From: Alphaproteobacteria bacterium UBA3612
Lineage (GTDB): Bacteria; Pseudomonadota; Alphaproteobacteria; Sphingomonadales; Sphingomonadaceae
Assembly: GCA_002375465.1 (NCBI GenBank)
Contig: DFLT01000002.1
Location: forward strand, 48,389 to 112,388
Direction of reading: 5' to 3'
DNA length: 64,000 nt
The notes under the pieces were generated by a model. That model saw only the letters and a program-made list of their open reading frames with translations. It did no database searches and was not told where the DNA came from. This document shows positions 58,209 to 64,000 of this stretch, in pieces. The position numbers and the translations under genes are program-made. Every line of letters starts with the position of its first letter. Position 1 is the stretch's first letter.

Positions 58209-58393
58209 TGCACCGCCCTCCCGCCGCTTTCGCACAAATGGACCAGTTTGCCGAAATCCTGCTTCGCGCCCAGTTTCTCCGCCAGACGCTGCACTGCCCC
58301 GAACGGCAACCCGTTCTCATTTGCCAGCATCCGCCACCAGTCCTCGCGGCACTCGGCCCCGCAGGCGTGGTAGTTCAACATCAAATCACCCAT
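58205..58393 (-). CDS. Small hypothetical protein (62 aa) translationally coupled to the DUF3768 gene
   Basis: ATG at 58393 is preceded by GGAGGAGAG. Its stop overlaps the DUF3768 start (ATGA). No family recognised. Confidence 0.45.
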   Translation of the reverse strand: MGDLMLNYHACGAECREDWWRMLANENGLPFGAVQRLAEKLGAKQDFGKLVHLCESGGRAVQ

Positions 58394-58982
58394 CTTCTGC
58401 TCTCCTCCGGCTGAAAGCCGCACTGCCTGCGGCATGCGGCTCTGCCTTCCGGCGAGGATGGGAGGGGGAGGGAAAACCGGAACCGATGCCTTGGCGCGGG
58501 CCAGCGGGCGAAGCCCGCCACACGGGGGTATCTGTTCCGGTTTGGGAACGAGAGGGCAAAGCCCCTGGCGTTCCCTCCAAAGAAGTGCTGCGCCGGCAGG
58601 CGCCACCCCAAGCCGCGTCAGCGGCTCACAGAAACGGTGCCCTCGCACGGCGCGACGCAGACGGGCGATGTGTCGGCAAGCCGAGGGCGCGGCAAGGCTG
58701 TTGCATCGCAGATGCAGCGCCGCTGACGCAAGCGAGCACGCAGCCGGCGCGCGCCCGGCAAGAAGAGAGGCGAGAGCCCCAGCGGGTCAGATACAAAACG
58801 CCGCGCCCGCAGGAGTGCAAAGCGCGGGACCGAGCGCGTCCTCAACTACGCCCGCTCAACATCCCTCCTGCTCCCGATCGTCACCCGGATGGGCCGGGAC
58901 TACAGGCCCGGTCCGCGCCAGCGGATAGAGCGGGTCGCCCGCAGGGCAGCACCCAATCTTTCGCCTGAACTCAATGTTGGCC

Positions 58983-60734
58983 TCAACCCTTCTCCACGTC
59001 CAACACCGCCTTGATACGCACTCTGAGGCGCTCGCGCCGATCGGCATGGAACATCTCAAATCCCTCAATAGTTTCGGGAATGTCGCCAAGATCATGCATC
59101 GCACAATAATGCGTCCTGTCTCCAGCGTTGGGATAGTGCGTCGCAAGCCACTTAGCAGGCAGAGCATCACGCTTTTCCGTGTTTGCGGTCCCTTCAAGCA
59201 ACTGCAAATTGGGCAGCTCATTTGCCATTCGGGCAAGCTCTTCAATTTTGTCTTCGGTGACCCCCGCTTTCCGCAGCTTGGCGGTGGTGAAGCGGGAAAT
59301 CGGGAACACATGGTCCATATGGAACTGGTTGCGAAGATTGACGAAGGGGAACAACATCGACAGCAGGGCGAACATCCGCTTGTCGCCATATTGAAGGGAA
59401 AGCATATCTTCGACTTCTGCCGGTGAGAACGTGAGTGACTTTCCGCGGGCATCCATAACTTGTTCGAGTTCTCGCGCAGGGAAGGACTCATTGCCCTTCT
59501 GCTGGATCACCTCGCGCAGGGCAGTCAGCAGAGTATCAAGCCCGCTGCCCCAAATGCCCGACGCCTTGAGCAACGACCGGATCAGCCAAGAATGGATAGT
59601 CTCCCTGTCAGCGGCGAACTGGTTGCTGACACTGTAATTCGCGGGCGCTTTGCGGTGATAAAGGTAATATGCGATCGGCAGCAGCGCGCTGTCCGCGCGC
59701 AGAGTTTGTCCATTCAGGCCGAAGCTTGCGGCCAGTTCTACAGTCCGGACCAAGGCAGCGCGGATTTGCGGCCAGTTGGATTCCAGCTTTTCCATGTTGG
59801 CCTGGGTGAAGTTCTCGACCTTAAACCCGACGCTCGCGATGTCGGAGAGCATGAGGCCAGCCTTCAAAACGAAATCTTGGCTGAGAGTAAACCCGGTCCC
59901 AATCCGGTTGATCTCATCAACCAAACTATGGATCTCCGAACGAGCATCCACCTTTTTCCACTGCGCGACAGCGATGCTCAGCAGCAGGTCAGAGTAAGAG
60001 AGAATTGTGCCTCCGGAATTGAGGCGAATGAAGATGTTGAGCACCCGCTCTACATCCTGCGCCTCCTCTTCATAGTAGTACATCAGCTGGTTAGTCTTCA
60101 CGACGTGGTAGAGCTTGGTCAGCATCCGGAATGCCGATTTGAACTGCTCGCCAGAAAGTCCGGCATCGACCAGCCAGTCGTTGAGGTCGGTCACATCGTT
60201 GACGGCCATTATGTCTGGAACATTATACCAGAACGCTTCCTCGCTGCGCTCGACCTGAGCATCGTCGAGAAACCGGAAATCATACACGATCCCGTCCTCA
60301 TCGGGCTCCAGTGATGCAAGTAGGTTGAGCCTAAGCGTCCTCTTGGGAAAGGCGTCGGGGTTGGTCCACCACTTGCTCGGCAGTTTCATTGCCATGGAGC
60401 CGCGCAGCCCAATGTTAAGCGCCGTAAGTCGCTGCTGACCATCGAGAACGGCGGTGACGGTCTGGTCGTGCAATGTCGGTAGTTCAGGGCAATGAGCGGC
60501 GTCGCGCTGATGGTAGTGCAGCACGAAATCGTAGAACTTGAAGTTCCCGCTGGTCTCCGGCTTCACCGTCCAGAACAAGAAAGTTCCAAAGGGATAGCCC
60601 TGCATTAGACTGTCGAACAGCCGTTCGATCTGCTCAGGCTTCCATACGAATTCGCGCTGGATTGCAGGAAGCACGTATGACTTGCGCTGGATCTTCTCTA
60701 GCGCGGCGGCGATCGTGCCCCCTGGTTTATACAC
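58983..60734 (-). CDS. GmrSD-like DUF262 (ParB-like NTPase) + DUF1524 (His-Me finger nuclease) protein; candidate type IV restriction enzyme
   Basis: N-terminal IQREFVWKPEQIERLFDSLMQGYPFGTF and VLDGQQRLTAL (DUF262). C-terminal HMDHVFPIS...NLQLLEGTANTEK (DUF1524). GTG start with AGGAG 9 nt upstream. Confidence 0.88.
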   Translation of the reverse strand: MYKPGGTIAAALEKIQRKSYVLPAIQREFVWKPEQIERLFDSLMQGYPFGTFLFWTVKPETSGNFKFYDFVLHYHQRDAAHCPELPTLHDQTVTAVLDGQQRLTALNIGLRGSMAMKLPSKWWTNPDAFPKRTLRLNLLASLEPDEDGIVYDFRFLDDAQVERSEEAFWYNVPDIMAVNDVTDLNDWLVDAGLSGEQFKSAFRMLTKLYHVVKTNQLMYYYEEEAQDVERVLNIFIRLNSGGTILSYSDLLLSIAVAQWKKVDARSEIHSLVDEINRIGTGFTLSQDFVLKAGLMLSDIASVGFKVENFTQANMEKLESNWPQIRAALVRTVELAASFGLNGQTLRADSALLPIAYYLYHRKAPANYSVSNQFAADRETIHSWLIRSLLKASGIWGSGLDTLLTALREVIQQKGNESFPARELEQVMDARGKSLTFSPAEVEDMLSLQYGDKRMFALLSMLFPFVNLRNQFHMDHVFPISRFTTAKLRKAGVTEDKIEELARMANELPNLQLLEGTANTEKRDALPAKWLATHYPNAGDRTHYCAMHDLGDIPETIEGFEMFHADRRERLRVRIKAVLDVEKG

Positions 60735-60876
60735 CTGTATTTTCTCCTGCTACTCGGTCGTCCAAGCCAACTGGACTGTCCAGCAGCACCAGTAGTGATA
60801 AGCACAATTCGTTAAAGGCATCGACCAATTATGATGTGAAACCAGTAGCTCGCGATTGCTCTCAATCGCGCTAAAA

Positions 60877-62673
60877 TCACCTTGCGCCCTTAGCGGCGGG
60901 AAAAAGGCTTTCCATCTCCACCATCGCATTTTGAATAGCAGGCTCTGTGAGACCGAGCTTAGCAATCTTCGGATGCCATTCCGGGTCTTGGTCGATGTAA
61001 CTCAGAACCGCCTGCGAAGTGGGGTTTGTACCCTGGTGACTGAGCGCTAGCATTGCGTAATCGATTGTCGCCAGCAGCTCCCAGATGTCGTTCTGCTTGA
61101 ACTTGAATTTATCGCAAACCCATGCAGCGGCTTGGGCTAAGTCGTATTTGTCAATCCAGCTTTGCGCTTCGCCAATGGCTGCACCGGGAGAGTGCCCAGG
61201 CCCATACTTCCCGGACGCTGGAGTGATCCAGTTCTTGTCCAGCGCAACTTTCATGCCACCGGAATAGCGCATGGTTGGATTATACGGACCTGCCGCTTTG
61301 CGAAGATACTCGCCCTCCAGCGCGGTTTCGCCCAAGAACCTTCGCGCGAAATAGACGGCCTTCTGCAACCGGAAGTTTCCAAGCGGCTGTCCGCCCTCCT
61401 CATGAAGGGCCTTGATAATCGCAGCGACAAGCACGGCCTCCTTGAACGGAGTATCCACCGCACTAGAACTAGATCGAGCCTGGAGCGATACGACATTGTC
61501 GGTTTGCTGAACGGGTGCTGCCGAGGCGGAAGATTGTTTCTCGAAAATCTGATGCAACATGGCGGGAAGCAATGCGTCGGCTTCCTTTGCCGTTTCTGTT
61601 CGAATCGAGCGGATTTCTGCTGCGAGTTCGCAAAGCTTGTCAAAGCCAAGTTGTGCGTCAAGAGAGGGGACTGGAACAGTGATGGCCATCAATGGCTTTT
61701 GGCCTAATGTCCTATTCCGGTCAGCGCTGCCGGGCGACGCTTGATTGATCTTCCTTAGACCAATTCGCGACTGGAGGTAAAACCACAAAAAGTTCGCTGT
61801 TGCGGCATCGCGATGCGGCACACAGGTGAGGTAGCGGTGTGATCCCACTCGAAGATGATCTTTCGCGGTCGCCACTCCGAACGCGCCTTCCCACGCCTTA
61901 ATATTGCTGAAAACAAGATCACCAGCGTGGACCCAGAACAGCTTTTGCCATGTAATTTCTGAGCCGAACAATACCGGTTTATGGAAAAGTCCACGCCCAA
62001 ATGAACGAGCACCAAGCTCGGGATATTCTCCGTCAAGCTCGATCTCAACGGGTCGACGCACCAAGGGCGCGACTTCACCCAGTGGGCGGTAGTCTGCACC
62101 TTCCACGATCTTGCGGAACGCGTTTTGCAACATGGCCTCGATGTCGCACTCAATCGCCTCAAGTTCCTTCGCCCGCTCCTGTAACTGCGCCTCCACATCA
62201 TTTAGCCGCTGCGCGATCACGCGCTGTTCGTCTAGCGGGGGAAGCGGGATTTCGAGTTCAAGAAAGCGCCCCTCTTTGAGCCTTACTCGGTTGGTGCTGC
62301 CAGCGCTGGATTGCTTACACAACGCAACAAAGGCTTCAGTCTTCGTATACCATTTCAAATAGCTGGGTGCCAACGCCTCCTCATCGATCTTGAAACAAGG
62401 GAAATCATTGCTGACCAAAGCGTCGTTTAGCTCGGCAGGCACCAAACCGAACGCTCCATGCCGGGCGTCAATCTTCGAAATAACAAAATCGCCGGTCTGC
62501 GCAGCGATCTGACGAGTTGCTGAGATTTCAGCGCCATCGCAAACACCTCGCAAAATAAGGCCTTTGCCCCAGAGCCGAACCGTAATTTGCTTGTACGATT
62601 GCCCCGGCTCTATCTGCTTATGATTGGAAGATTGGACCAAGACATCTCCCAATGGAACTGACTTCCAAGTCAC
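60877..62673 (-). CDS. hsdS: Type I restriction-modification specificity subunit HsdS with an extra ~200-aa C-terminal domain
   Basis: Two target-recognition domains are separated by conserved helices (LPPLDEQRVIAQRLNDVEAQL... and VPSLDAQLGFDKLCELAAEI...LLPAMLHQIF). These are followed by a Ser/Ala linker and a further domain. The GTGA overlap links it to hsdM. Confidence 0.9.
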   Translation of the reverse strand: MTWKSVPLGDVLVQSSNHKQIEPGQSYKQITVRLWGKGLILRGVCDGAEISATRQIAAQTGDFVISKIDARHGAFGLVPAELNDALVSNDFPCFKIDEEALAPSYLKWYTKTEAFVALCKQSSAGSTNRVRLKEGRFLELEIPLPPLDEQRVIAQRLNDVEAQLQERAKELEAIECDIEAMLQNAFRKIVEGADYRPLGEVAPLVRRPVEIELDGEYPELGARSFGRGLFHKPVLFGSEITWQKLFWVHAGDLVFSNIKAWEGAFGVATAKDHLRVGSHRYLTCVPHRDAATANFLWFYLQSRIGLRKINQASPGSADRNRTLGQKPLMAITVPVPSLDAQLGFDKLCELAAEIRSIRTETAKEADALLPAMLHQIFEKQSSASAAPVQQTDNVVSLQARSSSSAVDTPFKEAVLVAAIIKALHEEGGQPLGNFRLQKAVYFARRFLGETALEGEYLRKAAGPYNPTMRYSGGMKVALDKNWITPASGKYGPGHSPGAAIGEAQSWIDKYDLAQAAAWVCDKFKFKQNDIWELLATIDYAMLALSHQGTNPTSQAVLSYIDQDPEWHPKIAKLGLTEPAIQNAMVEMESLFPAAKGAR

Positions 62674-64000
62674 CGCGCGAGCTCCGTCAGCGTGCGCTTG
62701 ATGTCGCTCACGATCCCTGAAATCCGCTCTTCTTTTTCTGAAATGCTCTCCACGATCTGCAATGGTGTGCGATGATCAATCACACCGCCCGCATTGGGAT
62801 TTTTCTGATCTAGATTGCAGGCAATGACACGGCCTGCCTCATCGGTTTCGATCAGATCAGTGCCCTTGATCTTCCACGCCTGCTCATTGGTGGCTCTGGC
62901 AGTCCACCAACCCAGACACGGCTGCAATTCCGCTGAAGTCAGCGGGGCAGTCTTGGAATACTTCTTCCGGCCTTCAGGCTTCGGCTGTTCGTAATACCAG
63001 ATATCGTTCGTGGCTTTGGCGGTATCGAAGAAGATCACATTGGTTGGAATATCCGTATACGGCGCGAACACACCTTCAGGCAGGCGCAGCACGGTGTGCA
63101 GATTGAATTCGCGGATCAAGTCCGCCTTGATCCGGGCGGCAATGCCGGTGCCAAACAGCACACCATGCGGAACAACAACGGCGGCCTTGCCTTTCCCGCG
63201 CCGTTTCAGCCGGCGCATGATCATTTGCAAGAACAGTAGCGCGGTTTCAGCTGTCCGGCGATCTTCGGGAAAGTTGTTAAGGATCCCGGTTTCCTCCTCG
63301 CCGCCAAAGGGCGGGTTAGACAGAATCACTTCAAAGCGGTCAGCCTCTCCAATTTCTGCCAGACGCGTACTGAGCGAATTGCCCGGATCGATCTGCGGCG
63401 CATCCAGCCCGTGCAGGAGCAAATTCATCTGCGCTAACAGGAAGGGAAGCGATTTGGCTTCCCCGCCGAAAATGCTGCTTTCCTGTAAGGTCTTGCGCTT
63501 CTCCACCGTATTGGCCTGATCGGCCATATGGGTGAAGGCTTCGGTCAGAAATCCGCCAGTACCACATGCCGGATCGAGAACTTTCTCACCAATCTTCGGA
63601 TCGGTAACTTGGACCATGAAACGAACGATCGGACGCGGAGTGTAGAATTCTCCGCTGTCACCCGCTGCATCACGCATTTCGCGCAGTAAGGTTTCGTAGA
63701 GGCGCCCGAGTGTGTGGACTTCCTCAGATGAATCAAAATGAATGCCGTGAACGAGGTTGATAACGTCGCGTAGCAAATATCCGCTTTCCATGCGATTGGT
63801 GAGCCCACGAAACACGGTTGCGACAACATCCTTCCTGTCGCGTTTGCCGTTATCTCCGCGCAGGCCTTTGAGGTAGGCGAATAGGCCCGGCCCCGTGGAA
63901 TCGTCCGGAAGTTCTGTTTCCTCGGCCGTCAGAAAGTGAAGCAGATCTGGACCCGTTATGCCCGCTTCGTCCGCTGCCCAATCCCTCCAGCGATAAGGCG
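62670..64000 (-). CDS. hsdM: Type I restriction-modification DNA methyltransferase HsdM (N6-adenine); 5' end beyond the window
   Basis: DPACGTGGFL (SAM motif I) and NPPFGG (motif IV). The frame stays open upstream of the tracked GTG to base 64000. Confidence 0.93.
   Translation of the reverse strand, partial: PYRWRDWAADEAGITGPDLLHFLTAEETELPDDSTGPGLFAYLKGLRGDNGKRDRKDVVATVFRGLTNRMESGYLLRDVINLVHGIHFDSSEEVHTLGRLYETLLREMRDAAGDSGEFYTPRPIVRFMVQVTDPKIGEKVLDPACGTGGFLTEAFTHMADQANTVEKRKTLQESSIFGGEAKSLPFLLAQMNLLLHGLDAPQIDPGNSLSTRLAEIGEADRFEVILSNPPFGGEEETGILNNFPEDRRTAETALLFLQMIMRRLKRRGKGKAAVVVPHGVLFGTGIAARIKADLIREFNLHTVLRLPEGVFAPYTDIPTNVIFFDTAKATNDIWYYEQPKPEGRKKYSKTAPLTSAELQPCLGWWTARATNEQAWKIKGTDLIETDEAGRVIACNLDQKNPNAGGVIDHRTPLQIVESISEKEERISGIVSDIKRTLTELAR

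Larger units (their letters stand above)
45031..64000. mobile_element. Integrated conjugative or mobilizable element (partial; extends beyond the window end) carrying a defence island
   Basis: There is a tRNA-fragment boundary and a drop in GC. The region holds a TraA relaxase, oriT, TraC/TraD-like genes, DUF3768 and DUF736-like genes, an XRE/ImmA switch, and several RM, Abi and TA modules. No integrase or T4SS is seen in the window. Confidence 0.7.

Noticed and set aside
58321-58968. 215-aa plus-strand ORF and several overlapping 60-160-aa ORFs in the GC-rich spacer
   Set aside because: The translations are Arg/Pro/Ala/Gly-rich, and multiple frames and both strands are open simultaneously. 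No motif is recognisable. The region is treated as non-coding (see finding).

Overview
This is a high-GC alphaproteobacterial chromosome segment. It looks Sphingomonadales-like, inferred only from gene content and composition. Bases 1 to about 44.6 kb are ordinary core genes. They include the NAD-GDH 3' end, glnD, a PBP1A-type synthase, murA, nadE, folD, argG, cfa, rpe, purH and assorted envelope, lipid and transport genes. One 45-aa DUF1674 gene is missing from the ORF track. One FAD reductase gene has no canonical start codon.

At 45031-45052 a 22-nt tRNA 3'-end fragment, followed by a visibly AT-rich stretch, marks the edge of an integrated conjugative or mobilizable element. That element runs to the end of the window, and no integrase or T4SS is visible here. 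It carries three groups of genes:
- A relaxosome module: a MOBQ/Ti-type relaxase TraA, an RSF1010-like oriT, and TraC/TraD-like genes.
- An XRE-ImmA switch followed by an ExoI (SbcB-like) nuclease, divergent from an operon of three small unknown genes.
- A dense defence island: an NTase-HEPN fusion, an HTH/GIY-YIG-like protein, AbiEi/AbiEii, an HNH (PF13391-type) nuclease, a GmrSD-like DUF262/DUF1524 nuclease, and a type I RM (hsdM partial, hsdS).

The best candidates for something undescribed are:
1. An HsdS subunit with a roughly 200-aa C-terminal SocA/Panacea-like tail, sitting directly upstream of the GmrSD-like nuclease.
2. The XRE-ImmA-ExoI module and its divergent small-gene operon.
3. 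A 590-bp GC-rich, hairpin-dense non-coding stretch upstream of a DUF3768 gene pair.

All family assignments come from reading motifs by eye. No searches were run.
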